Assembly (NCBI GenBank): GCA_013265495.1
Contig: MU058540.1
Coordinates: 3,123,696 to 3,186,296, forward strand
Direction of reading: 5' to 3'
Length of the DNA: 62,601 nt
Source of the DNA: Vicugna vicugna
Taxonomy: Eukaryota
Shown here: piece after piece, positions 47,831 to 60,420 of the stretch
How positions within the stretch are numbered: the first letter of the stretch is position 1
How the letters are laid out: each line of letters begins with the position of its first letter
Program-made: the position numbers and the translations under genes
Notes under the pieces: generated by a model
The model's input: the letters and a program-made list of their open reading frames with translations, nothing else
Told to the model about the DNA's origin: nothing
The model's database searches: none

Positions 47831-49070
47831 CTTAGCTTAGCAGATTCTTATGACAAGGGAGAGAACGCATCTAAACTCAGGGCAGCCTTTTTAACCTGCT
47901 GTGGGGAGAAAGCAAAGGAAACAGAAGTAAATGACTGTGTTCCTGAGAGGCCCAGAACTAGGATCATAGATGCGGATGGAGTCAGCTGAGGCTGCCAGCT
48001 ACCACAGCTTTTATACCAACTGATGAAGGAGAAGGAAATGAGCCACGAAAGTAGGTTAATCTCCCAGAGAAACACAAAATAGGTAGCAAGTAGCATTTTT
48101 ACACCTTTCACTCTTTAATTGCTTCAAACCAAGGCTGTGAAGTGCAAGGAATTCCTTCTGTGTCCTTACCTTACCTCTCTCAGCCTTTTAGGGATATCCC
48201 CTGTTCTAACACAGTTTTTGTATCTGAGCTGATTGCTCAGCTCGGTGCCCTCCCCAGAGCGACCAACAACTTTCACTTCTTGCAAGGGATTTTCAATACA
48301 ACTTGGTATTGAGAGCCGATGAAGTTTTCGTTATTGTTTTAATATTCACAAAGTGCTCACCATAGGAAGTAGGATGTGCAATCTTGCTTTTGCATTAAGA
48401 AAGTCCATGAAAACACAAAGATCTAACCTGGGAAATGAAATGCGATTTCTATTTCATAGGGATTACCAAAATGAGACCCACTATACCATCCAGACACTTA
48501 ATTCAATATTTCTTTTCAAAAGGGGTAAGTAAGTTGTTGATGAAGTTATCCTGGAAGAATTAAAAGAACATATATTATGTATCCAACACACCACTTCTTG
48601 GATTTCTCAAGCTCCTCCTCTACATCTGTAATGGACCATCCACAGAATCAGTTATTTTTGCTGTGATTTCTTCTGTTATTCCAGTTTACTCTTAAGACTT
48701 GTATAAAATAATAATGACATGTATTTACCATGAAGGAAAGAGTCCATGGAATAACTACAGATGCAAAACTTCTATTGCATCCATCACTATTTGATATTGC
48801 TACTCTACTTCAGAAAACGTGAGTAAAGAATGATGCTTTGATGTACTAGGCTGTTCCTTTTTTCCCTCAGTTTTACTTGATTTAGGAGAAACTCTACTTA
48901 ATCCCTTCTATAAAATTCCCTGAAATTACTCTTGCAGTGAGCAGCATGAATCTAGGATAAATTGCACAAGATGAAAATACCGTTTCAGCTATCTTATTTT
49001 GTATAGTATTTGAAAATGAATTGTGAAGTTTTGTTTTTACTCAGCATAAAAAAAGGAGGGGAGAAGTGGG

Positions 49071-49443
49071 NNNNNNNNNNNNNNNNNNNNNNNNNNNNNN
49101 NNNNNNNNNNNNNNNNNNNNNNNNNNNNNNNNNNNNNNNNNNNNNNNNNNNNNNNNNNNNNNNNNNNNNNNNNNNNNNNNNNNNNNNNNNNNNNNNNNNN
49201 NNNNNNNNNNNNNNNNNNNNNNNNNNNNNNNNNNNNNNNNNNNNNNNNNNNNNNNNNNNNNNNNNNNNNNNNNNNNNNNNNNNNNNNNNNNNNNNNNNNN
49301 NNNNNNNNNNNNNNNNNNNNNNNNNNNNNNNNNNNNNNNNNNNNNNNNNNNNNNNNNNNNNNNNNNNNNNNNNNNNNNNNNNNNNNNNNNNNNNNNNNNN
49401 NNNNNNNNNNNNNNNNNNNNNNNNNNNNNNNNNNNNNNNNNNN
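49071..49443. other. Assembly gap (373 N)
   Basis: N run. Confidence 1.
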
Positions 49444-49767
49444 AGAAAGATGTTGTTAGTCAAGAACTCCAGCTGGAATTTGTACTTTTACTAGAAAAGG
49501 GAAAAGTTCAGAGACTGGAGTGGCTCATGAAGCAATCATTTTATTAAAAAATGACCACAGGCAAAGCCAAGGAAAACTGACTTCAGAGTTCTGTGGAACA
49601 GGTCTGGTTCATGTTTTGTCTAATGGGCCTTATGTTCCATCCGTATGAGGGTAATGGCAAGGGAAACCAATAGATAATAAAGATGCCTGAAGAGCTGGGA
49701 ATAGGTTCCCGCACTCCCCATCTCCACCGTTCCCTGGCAAAGGGCAGCTAGCCAGAGTAACCGGAAG

Positions 49768-49964
49768 CAGTGGTTCTGAAACCTGAGCTTCCTGCATCAG
49801 AATCATCTGGAGGGCTTGTTAAAACTCTTGCTGGGCCCCATCCCCAGAATTTCTGCTTGTGCAGGCTTGCGGGGGTGGGGCCTGATAATTTGCATTTCTG
49901 CATTTGGAACAAGTTCCCAGATGCTGCTGTTGCTGGGTCAGGGACCACACTTTGAGAACCACTG
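49768..49964 (+). mobile_element. MER5A MITE, full length
   Basis: Perfect TIR ends CAGTGGTTCT...AGAACCACTG; internal gcatcagaatcatctggagggcttgttaaaac, tttgcatttct, gggaccacactttgag. Confidence 0.92.
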
Positions 49965-50589
49965 GCCTGGAGGTGGGGGTCATTCTACAATTTGGTTTGG
50001 TTTCTGTAGAATCTAAGCACCTTTCCTTGGGATAAGGTATGGAAATTGGGAGGTTTAAGGGCTTTGACTGAGATTTTAACTGTGGAATTAGCCCTAGAAA
50101 TGACCTATTCACCTATTTTACAAAACATAATTAACTTGATAAATCAGTTCCATCCCTGGTTAACATTATAACAAATACGCTTGCTTTGTGTTCCCCACAG
50201 TCCCAAGTACTTTTGAGTTCAATCAGAGTTAGGCAAATAAAAAAGTACAGGTTTCATTTGAATAAATATGATAGCATAAGTCACATTCACATTTATAAAC
50301 ACATTAAAAAGTTTGTTTCACCCCTACACAACTTCATTGGTTTAACCACATGGTGAACTCAATTCTGATGGATTGAATTGTGAAATAAGAGGAACCCAAA
50401 TGATTCCTTTCTCTTTGCTTCTTTCCTTCAAACAACAAATATTTTTGGAGCACGTGCTATATGTGTGACAAAATATATGACAGGGTATTGAATCTACGGG
50501 GAGATTGAGACCAAATAATACAAACCATCTGAGGTAAAGGAATTCCCCACCAAGTGTGATGGCCAGGTGATGTTTTACAAAAGGTGGCG

Positions 50590-51375
50590 CTTGAGTTGGA
50601 TCTGTTCAAAATCCTTCCGTGGCTTCCTATCACCCTTCAGATAAAATTCATACTCGACAGAATGGCACACACAGCTCTTTATGATCACCTACGTCCAATT
50701 GGGTTACCTGTCCAATTGGATTTCTCTCCATTCCTTTTTCACCCCAGGGGCCATACTCAGCAACAAGGTAAAAGTCTGTGATACTGTGAATTTCAGAGGT
50801 AACTACAATTGACCATCAATCCTCTACCTAGCACCCTTCCCTTTTCTCAAAGACTGCAGATCTCTTTGGAGGGGGTGTTGTGGGGGACGACTGGGAAATG
50901 ACTGCCTCATGATCCTTTGAACTTTACTTCAGTCAGTGGTCAGTTGTGTACATAATGAGTTTCACTATTCTTACTTCGTGTGCTTTTTGTGACAGCACAG
51001 ATCCAACCTGAAAAATAACTATTTTTCTTTAACCTCACAATAATGCAAACTTTCTCTTGATTTTACACTTACAAAATTTTTGGACCCTACTTACTACGAT
51101 ATGATGTGTTTTTCCTGTCCATGCAAATTTGTGCTTTTGGGTGTTGACACATGTTGTTCCTTCTTGCTGAAATTTGAATTTCCCCATCCTGTCCTTGACT
51201 GGTTGATTCCTCTCTTCCTATTTATGTTTCAAGACCCGTATCAGGTGCTACCTCCTCTCTGAAGCCTTCCTTGACCCTGAAAGTCAGATTTAGAGGGTGT
51301 CTTTGCTTTCTTTGCATACTCTGCCCGAACTGTAATCACTGTAGAACAATTGTTGAACTGTGTGAGAGGTGCTCA
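50590..51375 (+). mobile_element. L2 relic (fragmented)
   Basis: aaaatccttccgtggcttcctatcacccttcagataaaattca; ctacctcctctctgaagccttccttgacc; end ggtgctcattaaatggttgtgaa. Confidence 0.6.
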
Positions 51376-51524
51376 TTAAATGGTTGTGAAGACATGGACC
51401 AAAAAGGAGAAGCAACGACTAAGCATAGAAAGATGGGAAAATGCAAGTCTCACTCTGGGGACAGCAAGTTCTATCCTGCCCTCACCCTCCCTCACACTCA
51501 TATGGAAAGGAAGACATGCAGTTA

Positions 51525-51690
51525 GGAGCAGAAGACCTCAGAATAGCTGGGCCTTAGTTTCCTCATCTGTAAAACTCCGATAACGTCAGTACCTGCCTCA
51601 CGGAGTAGTCCCAGGGGAAATGTTATATAAGGCACTGAGCACTGTTCTTGTCATATAGAAAGGGCTTCAATAAATGTTATCTATTATTTG
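51525..51690 (+). mobile_element. MIR SINE
   Basis: ccttagtttcctcatctgtaaaa...gtacctgcctca...caataaatgttatctattatt. Confidence 0.8.
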
Positions 51691-52019
51691 CTGTATTAGA
51701 TCAGTTCCATGCTTTTATGGAAGAGGTGTATGGCTTACCAAGGTGATGTTTCACAGGCACCTGAGTAAGTAACTGGATCAAATCTATTCCCCAAATTCAT
51801 ACTCAAGATTTCTGAAAGACATAGGTGGCACTTTGGAGCTTTTCTGTGTTACTGAAGTGTCAAACAGTTCAACAGTTGATCTGTACCAAGTGAGATCTGG
51901 GACTGAGACTACCACGAAGGTGAAGGGGAGTGTACGATCTCCACCTCCAAACCAGAATGGCTTCATGGAGAGAAGTAGCTTTGTTTGGAGTTCTTCAAGA
52001 GTGCAGGGATTAATATCAA

Positions 52020-52200
52020 ATGAAGGGAAGTTACAGAGAAACAGATTTTAATTTAACTTTTAAAAGCTTCCAAATCAGCATAGTTGTATGAAACAGGCTT
52101 GCTCTTGAGGCAGCAAAGTCTGTTTTAGTAGCAGTAATCAGAGTCTAGATTATCAACAATGATGTTCTAGGATCCTCAGCTTTAAGATTCTTGATTCTGA
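52020..52200 (+). mobile_element. CR1/L3-type 3' relic
   Basis: gggaagttacagagaaacagattttaattt...ctttaagattcttgattct. Confidence 0.4.
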
Positions 52201-52222
52201 AATATAAAAAGCTATTAAGCAT

Positions 52223-52345
52223 CAGGGGAAGGGTACAGCTCAAGTGGTCGAGCGCAGGCCTAGCATGCATAAGGTCCTGGATTCAATCCCCAGTACCTCC
52301 TCAAAAAATAAGCAAATAAACCAAATTACTGCCCCCCCAAAAAAA
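52223..52345 (+). mobile_element. Vic-1-type tRNA-derived SINE, full length with TSD
   Basis: ggggaagggtacagctcaagtggtcgagcgcaggcctagcatgcataaggtcctggattcaatccccagtacctcc; exact TSD gctattaagcat at 52211-52222 and 52347-52358. Confidence 0.93.
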
Positions 52346-52374
52346 GGCTATTAAGCATTTACTACAACCATGAT

Positions 52375-52560
52375 TTCAAAAGCTTGGCTTCAAATCCCAG
52401 ATTTGCCATTTGACTATGGGACAGTCACTTAGCCTATCTTTGCCTCGATTTCTTTATTGGAAATGGGGACAAAGACCCATATTTTCATCAATATCAGAGG
52501 GTTAATTTTTTTAGAATATATAAATACTTTACCATAGTTAATATAGTTAACACCTGTAAA
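52375..52560 (+). mobile_element. MIR relic
   Basis: ggcttcaaatcccagatttgcc...gtcacttagcctatctttgcctcgatttc. Confidence 0.6.
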
Positions 52561-53964
52561 AGGTAGCTCTTTTTATCATCGAGTTCAGTGTTTTCTCATG
52601 TGTGTGCCCATGTAAATTCCCATGGATGTCTAGGATCTCTTCACCTGTGAAGCTTAACTCCATGCTGTCAGTCCTTTCTCAGTGTTTCCATGCCTGAGCT
52701 CACTCGTTCTGTTTAATGTAGACCCCAGTCACTCAGCCATCCCCAGAGATTAGGTAGAGAAGAGTCTACCTCTAAGCCCAGGAAATGTGTGCCTTCTGGG
52801 TAGGTTCCAGGGTAAATGCCCTTTTCCTTTAAGTGACATAAATAGTCCAGTCACTGTTTCCAAGCTCTGTTAAGAAGAGGAACAGACCTGTTTCCTCTAG
52901 TGTCCTCTGAGCACCGATAACTAGATGCCAAGGAGTTGGCCAGATCATGTGGGATAGGCAGCTGTCTACATGATGTAATTTGAGGGGGCTGAGGAAATCC
53001 CCCTGCTTAAAATATCTTCCCCCAATGGCCTGGACACATGCCTGAAATGTATTACTTATTTTTCAAAGTAAGATGCTGCTGAAATGCAATTGTTATCCAG
53101 GAGTGGACTCACATTCAGCCATTATCATTCATTAGTACTTCGGTTTAAATTAATTTATCAGATTAGCTGGTTGAGTAGAGTCCCAAAGATAAGCAGGCAC
53201 GAGACAAACACGTTTTAATGAGGGAAACTGATCTCAAAGGGTCAGAAGTATGGGGTACAGGGCCACTCAGGTGAGGAGCTGTGAAAATGGTCAGAACAGT
53301 TTGGGAGGACCCAGTCAAAAGGCAAGAGAGGGGAGATGTAGAGTGAGCTGGAAAGGCTCTGAACACTATTCCAGTACTTCTCTATTTTGATTATTACTAC
53401 AATTCTAGACATGGGGGAAAAAAACACTTTTTTCCCCTTTGGGGTTATTTTCTCAGGTTATTTCCCCAAAGTGGAATTCCCAGGTTAAAATTAAAGTTTT
53501 GATTCCATGACATCAAAATGCTATAGAGCCACCAGTTCAGTATATATATACTTGGGTTGAAATATCTTTGTATAATTTGTGCAATTGTCCTTGCAGAAGG
53601 CCATTCATTCTTTCATTCAAGCAAAAGTTGTTGAGCCAAAAGTTGTAAGTGCCAGTTGCCATATTAGGCTCTGGGGACACAAAGCAAAATCAGCATTTCC
53701 TACCTTCATACAGCCTAATTGCTCATTGGTTTGACACAATCCAACTATCCTTGGTTGTTGCATCTTTTTACTGGATTCTTAGCATTCTTATTCTTTTATT
53801 CCCCTTGACTCTTCATTTCTCCTGAAAATACTTAAGCTATCATTTTATACAGGCTTTTAAAAAGTCACCATAGCACTATGTTTGTTGAACTGATTTAAAC
53901 ATTACAGTAAAATTTTGCTATAATTCCATCTCTTAAAGAAGGCCAACATGAATAATTTGGTTAA

Positions 53965-54155
53965 TTATCATTTTTAAGTCACCATATGCTGAGTGCCTAC
54001 AATACACTTGCCAATTATTGAGTTATGTCTAGGAGGGAGCTATTATTAGCCCCAAATTACAGGCAAGGAAACTGAGTCTTTAGAGGTTAAGATTATACAA
54101 CTTATAAGTGGCTGACTCAGGATTCAAACCCATTTCTGCCTGACTCCAAAATCTG
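53965..54155 (-). mobile_element. MIR SINE
   Basis: ctattattagccccaaattacaggcaaggaaactgagtctttagaggttaag...caggattcaaaccca. Confidence 0.75.
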
Positions 54156-54321
54156 TGATCATATTGATCATGAAAGAGTAATTTCTTAAACAAACATTTG
54201 AATGGTTAACATCTAAAGATGGTTATAGAGTCATCTAAAAATAAAATTGTCTTTTCATAGGCTCCGATGAGAGTTCCTGGATTTCAAAGCCAGTGTTTTC
54301 ATAAAATTTTTTTACAAAATT

Positions 54322-54714
54322 TGTTAGTTTGTTAGGGCTATCATAACAAAGTACCACAGTCTGGTGGCTTAAGCAATGGAAATTAATTTTTTCTCACAAT
54401 TCTAGAGACTTGGAGTCTGAGATCAAGGTGTCACCAATGTTGGTTTCTTCTGAAGCCTCTCTTCTTGGCTTATAGAAAACTCTCTTCTCTTTGTCTTCAC
54501 ACGGTCTTCCCTCCTCTTTGCAACCCTTCTGTGTACTCATCTTTTCTTCTTATAAGTACACCAGTCATATTGGATGAGAGCCAACCCACGTGACTGTTTT
54601 ACCTTCATTATCTCTTTAAGGGGCCTATTTCCAAATTCACATTCCAAGGTACAGGGCAGGGTGACGTCAACATGTGAATTCTGAGGTTAAGGGGACACTA
54701 GTCAGCCCATAACA
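54322..54714 (-). mobile_element. MLT1B-type MaLR solo LTR, complete
   Basis: TG...CA ends (tgttagtttgttagggct...cagcccataaca); aacaaagtaccacag, ctcacaattctagag, cttataagtacaccagtcatattggat. Confidence 0.9.
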
Positions 54715-54919
54715 TAAAGTGAAGCTAAAGGTGCTAATAATTACATGAAAAGAATTGGATAATAAGATGCTTTGCCTTACCATGTTTACTCCTATAGTTG
54801 TTTCAGAAACATTTATGAACATCCACTACATTCAAGGCTTGGTACTAAGCTAGGAGAACCAAAACTATGGAGGATATGGTCTCTGACTTCAAGGAGCTCA
54901 CAGTCTCTGGAGAGCCATT

Positions 54920-55087
54920 TAGAGGTTCTGGAGCTCAAAAGCACATCAGTGTCACCTGGAGGGCACTCACTGGGCCCCACCCCCAGAGTTTCTGATTCAG
55001 TGGATCTGGAGTTGGCCCAAGAATTTGCATTTCTAACAAGTTTCCAGGTGCTGCTGGTCCAGAGACCACACACTTTCAGAACTACTG
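54920..55087 (+). mobile_element. MER5A MITE
   Basis: gggccccacccccagagtttctgattcagtggatctgg...agaatttgcatttctaacaagtttccaggtg...agaactactg. Confidence 0.85.
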
Positions 55088-55559
55088 GGCTAGACATATC
55101 AAGATCACATGTGACGTGTATGATTGAGGTGGCACAGGTGCTTGGAGAGCACACAGGAGGGGCCATTTTCTGTTTTCATGCTAAAGCAGCTGAGGAGACA
55201 ACTGGGAAAGTCCCTTTGCACCTGAAAATTCCCCAGAAAAAATTTTAGCATTTAATTGTAAACATATTATGGTAAGAAGCGAGGCATTGCCTATACCATT
55301 AATTTGCTACTTGGAAAATACTACCTTTCATTACTAATTATATCTGTATAAGTAAATAGAAAGAGCCTGGGGTGGTAATCAAGTCTGGGTTTCTATCCTT
55401 GCTTTAAAAATTCTATGGGAACTTTAGCAAATCACTCCCTGCCTGTGTGAGATTCGGGTTTGGTCATCTGTAACACTAGAGTGATTCGATGAGAAGATCT
55501 TCAAGTTTCCTTCCAGCTCAATCTTCTGATTCTATATAACTTGCTTATATAATGATTTT

Positions 55560-55700
55560 ATATATCTTGCCTTATCAGAATAAAAAGATTCATAAGCAGG
55601 AACTAGGACCATGTCTTGGGTCTCTGTATATCTCCGTGGTACAGTGCCTTGAACATAGTAGCTGTTCAGCAAATGTGTATTGATCACTTGACTGAATCAG
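55560..55700 (+). mobile_element. L2 3' end
   Basis: cagtgccttgaacatagtagctgttcagcaaatgtgtattga. Confidence 0.6.
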
Positions 55701-57859
55701 TCGATACCACTGCAAGACACAAGAGATTCCTGTCTCACTGCCATAGAGGATAACTTCCCTTCACCCTAAAGCTAACCCTTATCCCAGATGCTTAGCTTCC
55801 AGAACCTCTCATTTTCAGCAGCCATTCCCCCTAGTCACCACTCATTCACACTGTTAACTTTTAACATTGTTCCAATCTCCGTTCATTTCACTTGGGCACA
55901 ATATTGAAGGAAATTATCCACTGACTCTATTGTCTTTCCATTCATTACCTTGCTTCCTGATTTTATTTAATCTGGCTCATGGCCCTCTGTGCTCTGAGTG
56001 TGATCTGTAACACACAAAGAGCTACCCTATACATTGTCTATTTCTTAATCAGTATGTTCCATGCACTAGGGCTTGTGCCTCTCTTACCTGTGGACCTTAA
56101 GCAAGTTATTTACCTTCCTGGTTATAATAGTAATTAAGAGGATTAAAGAAAAAAGTATAAATATATGTGTCAATATGAATATTTATCATATGTATATTAA
56201 TATGTATGTGCAGTATATTTGGCACATAAAGTGATTAATTCGACTAGTGCTTAGCACACAGTAAATGCTCAATTAATATTAGATATTAGCCCTATAAGTT
56301 AGACTGTACCTAATTCTCTAAGCCTTTGGCTTGGGAGCTTGGCAATCTTAATTTATAAGTGTGCTTTTCTGAGAAAGGCAAAAATTTGCTCTGAAGTTTT
56401 TATTTTTGAAAGAGCAAACAGCCACCTGTCCTTTCATTATAATATATAATAAAAGTGACAAGGGCAAAGATTAGGGCAGGGGAAATTCACAGATCTTAGA
56501 TATGTTTTCTTCTGGGTTTAATTCAATTCAGTTTTGTGGGGTTTTTTTAAGTGTCGGTTTAGTACCTCCCAAAGAGAGGTATGTGGTCTTAAAAAATTTA
56601 CAGTTCAGTCTCTACACTTAAAGAGCTTATAGTTTCATTGGGGATACAAGGATCCTTTCATGACGGACACAATGCTTGCTGCTCTTAAAGATGATGCTAT
56701 GATGACGTCAACACTTAAGTAACAGAAGAATATGATTCTGTCAGATTGCTAGTACAGACAACTGCTGTGAGTTTAAAAACTAGTGGCTGGAGTGATCAGA
56801 GAAAGCTGCGAGAAGACCAAATGGCTTTGTGTTGGTGTGTAAAGATAGACTGAACTCAGGAATATGTGTGTAGTTTGCCTTCACAGCCCTGCACAAGAGG
56901 TTTGGTTCTTTGCCAAAATAACTCCCATTCTTAAGAGTGAATTCAGAGATAATTCTGATGACTGCTGATATGTTTGCTTCTCATCTAGTGAGTGGGTGTC
57001 TCTAATAATGTAGCGTCACTGAACACAGAAATAAGCTTAACCTACCCAGGGAAAAGTAATACTATTTCCATAAAGAGGACAGCACAGCTCACTAGTTCTT
57101 GAGAGTGAGCAAGATCATCTTTAGACATTCAAAGAAACTTTGACAAGGTTATACATTGAAGGCCATAAAAAATGGTTCCGTATTTGTAGTACAGTTGTTC
57201 TAGTTCTGGCTGTGGTGAGCTGTCCATGTTTGTTTTAGCAGCACCCAACCTAAAAGGAGAACTAAAACAGAGTTGGAAAAGAGGAAGTATATGCTGAAAA
57301 TGTAAGTTTCTCCAAATTATTGAGTGGATTTCATCCAATCATATTAATGCATGTCTTCTTTGTCATTTGAATCTTGAACACCCTATGTGTTAACCACAGT
57401 GTAAGCTACTATTTCCAAACCATAAACTTCAAGAGATGATTTGAATAGAGAATCTTCCTAGTTTCTTCTTCAATAAAGACTGAAATAAAGTCTATGGTTT
57501 TTTTCATCTCTTTCACCTTTGCCTCCTGACATCAGGAGGTCCTACTGATTTTTCCCTCAGGCTTTCTGCTTTCGATTTATTTAAAGAAGCTTTTATTCAT
57601 TCATTTTCCATGTATTGGGGAACACAAAGAACATCACATAAAGCATATTTTACTTTAATTCCTGAGGTTGCTCCCCCTGTTCCCTCTCTCCTTTCTACCT
57701 ATTCTTACTCATCCTTTAAGATCCACATTAAGTTCTACATCCTTCATGGAGTCTTCCCTGACTTTTTCAGCCCTGCCTTTGTGGATGATACTCTCAGTTA
57801 GAATTTAATCATAGCTTATCTTGTTAAATCTCTTAAACTCATCCTGTGTTCCTTGGGAA

Positions 57860-58075
57860 AGCAGACTGGCATGGTGGGGGGTGGGGTGGGAGATGGCTTT
57901 GCCACTTAGCTATGTTGCCTTAAGCAAATTATTTCTTTCTGTTTCTGTTTATTTATCTGTAAACCAGCGAAGATAGTAAAACTGCCCATGTCACAGGATT
58001 TATATGATAATCCATATCACGTGCTTAGCAAAACGCCCAGCACATCTTTGCTGCTCAGTCAATTTTGGCTGCCAC
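57860..58075 (+). mobile_element. MIR SINE
   Basis: ctttgccacttagctatgttgccttaagcaaatt...tttatctgtaaaccag...gtgcttagcaaaacgcccagcac. Confidence 0.7.
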
Positions 58076-59039
58076 CACAGTGTCTCTCTTGCCCCTTTCG
58101 CCTGACTCACTGTCAGCACTGAGCCTGTATGTTCAAAAAAGGATGGTTTCTGCCCTCAGTACTTTTATAATCTAGTCATAGAGACTAAACAAATATAGAA
58201 AAGTTAGGCTGTATACTATTAAATGACAAATGAGATACGCAATAAACAAATGTTTTCATTAGCATCTTTTTAGTGCCTAGCAAGAGGTTCCATGATATCT
58301 TGACCTAATTTTTTTTCCTTTTACTTAGATGCACACGTGGCTTTTCCAAGTCTTGCATCAGCAGTTTTATTTTACTTTTTAGAAAATGGCAGATAGTCCC
58401 CTCATCAGTTCTTAAATATATGAATTCTATCTCTGTCTCCCCCACCCCCACAGCCCCTTTTATCAGTCAAACATGCAAGGTTTTTGTGCATGTGCCTGGT
58501 CTTTTTGATCTGAGGTACCTCATCTTCTAATAAGGTATTTTATAACACTCTCCAGGCTTCCTGTAGTCTTTATACATTCTAAGCTACTCCTTTTTGTTTT
58601 TTCCTATCCAGTAATACTCAGGAACTATAAAATCTTTGTGTATAGTACCTTCAATAAATATTGATTATTTTTACTCAAATTGTCAGTACTAAATGTGTAA
58701 AAATCCAAAAATAAATCAATGTTATTTTTATTTCTTTAAAAAAAACAAATGAATTGGTAATGAATTTAAATGTATCTTATTGGATAATAAAAACCTTTTC
58801 TTTTTCCAACCTTGCTAAGGAAATTGGAGGCTGACTACAGGAGATTTATAAACTTGAAACAAATGTCACATCTTATCAAGAACAAGAACCAGTTCTAACT
58901 GGACTACATAGATTTCCTGATATATTTTGGAGCTGGGATACACTGGATTTTCTAGCTGTCCACCACTACCACAATTATTACAACTTTTAAAATTTAGACT
59001 GTTTCATGTCTTACATGAAATACATGTGATGTTTAAATT

Positions 59040-59156
59040 AATTATTTGTTTTGTTTTTGTTGTTTTTATATATTTACTTACTATTTTGTAATGGAGGTAC
59101 TGGGGATTGAGCCCAGAGTGCTAAGCACACACTCTACCACTGAGTCATACTCTCTT
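59040..59156 (-). mobile_element. Vic-1-type SINE with small internal deletion and TSD
   Basis: atggaggtactggggattgagcccagagtgctaagcacacactctaccactgagtcatac; TSD aatacatgtgatgtttaaatt (59019-59039) / aatacatgcgaagttaaaatt (59157-59177), 18/21. Confidence 0.85.
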
Positions 59157-60204
59157 AATACATGCGAAGTTAAAATTTTTCTAAATAATCTTACAACTGC
59201 TGAGGTAATTGGAGATATTTAAAGATACAGAAAGAAGTGTATTCCAGTTGACTTTCTCCAAAATCTCCCCTCTCTTTTTATTTCACCAAACAAGTAGAGA
59301 GTAAACATTTTTTTAAATGGTAAATTTTTAAAAATTAAACTTTAAATTTAAAACTGCAGTAATTCTTTTTTTAGGAGAGAAATAAGAGATGCAGACCTAG
59401 ATTATTTCTATCAGATTAATTGCAAATAGCTTATAGAGAAAAAGCAATACAGACCTAGTTATACAAGTTCATCAACTAGACTCAAAGTTACTTTAAAAAA
59501 CAGTATACAGGCATTTCCTTCAAACTTCTAAATTCTGACTACAGAAATTGACAATGACTTGATTAAGTCCATATCAGGTAGAATATGGGTACCACCTAAG
59601 GATTAATTTGTCTATTGTTCAAATTAACATGAGTAAATTCTCCTCTTTCCAGAGAATTGTTAGCATAATTATGGCCTTTATCTTTCCAAAAGCACTTGTC
59701 ATTTAATTATTAGTGTAATTTTTTCTGATTCTTTGTTAGAATCTTTGAGACAGCACAGATTGTGCTTGTTTTTATTATTAAAACGACAGTTTGATGAATC
59801 AAAACCTCAAGTCCCCTACCGTCAAAGAGTAACTTTTCATACAAAACATACCTGAATGTTTAATAAATATCTGTAAAAGCAGTTTTAAGTAAATAAAAGC
59901 TCTTTGCCAAACAAGGTCCATGTTTTGAAACTTCCAGCTGTGAAGCACTCACCATATAAAGCAGATACATTAAATGTTAATCACTTTAGCTCAAACTAAT
60001 TAAATATTTAGCCCTACAAAGATCTAGAGAAAGTGAAAAAGATTGAATTGATTTAATGTATATAACTATTTTGAATCATAGTCTCTCCCAAGATGACTAA
60101 AATCAAACTAGATAGCATTTTATCTTTGAAACCTTCAAGGTGCAAGATCATTCAAAATTCTTCTTTTTCACCATCATTGTCATAACTACAATCAGCATCA
60201 TTGC

Positions 60205-60420
60205 CATCATGGCTAATATTTAGAAGTTTACTCTGCTTATCTACGCGCTCATGCTCATGCAGAATTTTACTTGCTCCTTACTACAGCCCTATGAAGTAGG
60301 CGCTATTACTACTTCCATTCAGAGCCTAAAGCTTAGAAAGGTTAAGTAACTTGATGAATGTCACATAACTAGTAGATGCCAGATCCCAGACTTGAAAGCA
60401 GGCTAATTCGGTTTAGAGGT
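60205..60420 (-). mobile_element. MIR SINE
   Basis: ctacagccctatgaagtaggcgctattact...gcttagaaaggttaagtaacttg...gtcacataact. Confidence 0.8.

Noticed and set aside
23499-49494. ORFs spanning N runs
   Set aside because: Artefacts of assembly gaps translated as X.
54772-55248. 158-aa ORF
   Set aside because: Composed of L2 and MER5A repeat sequence.
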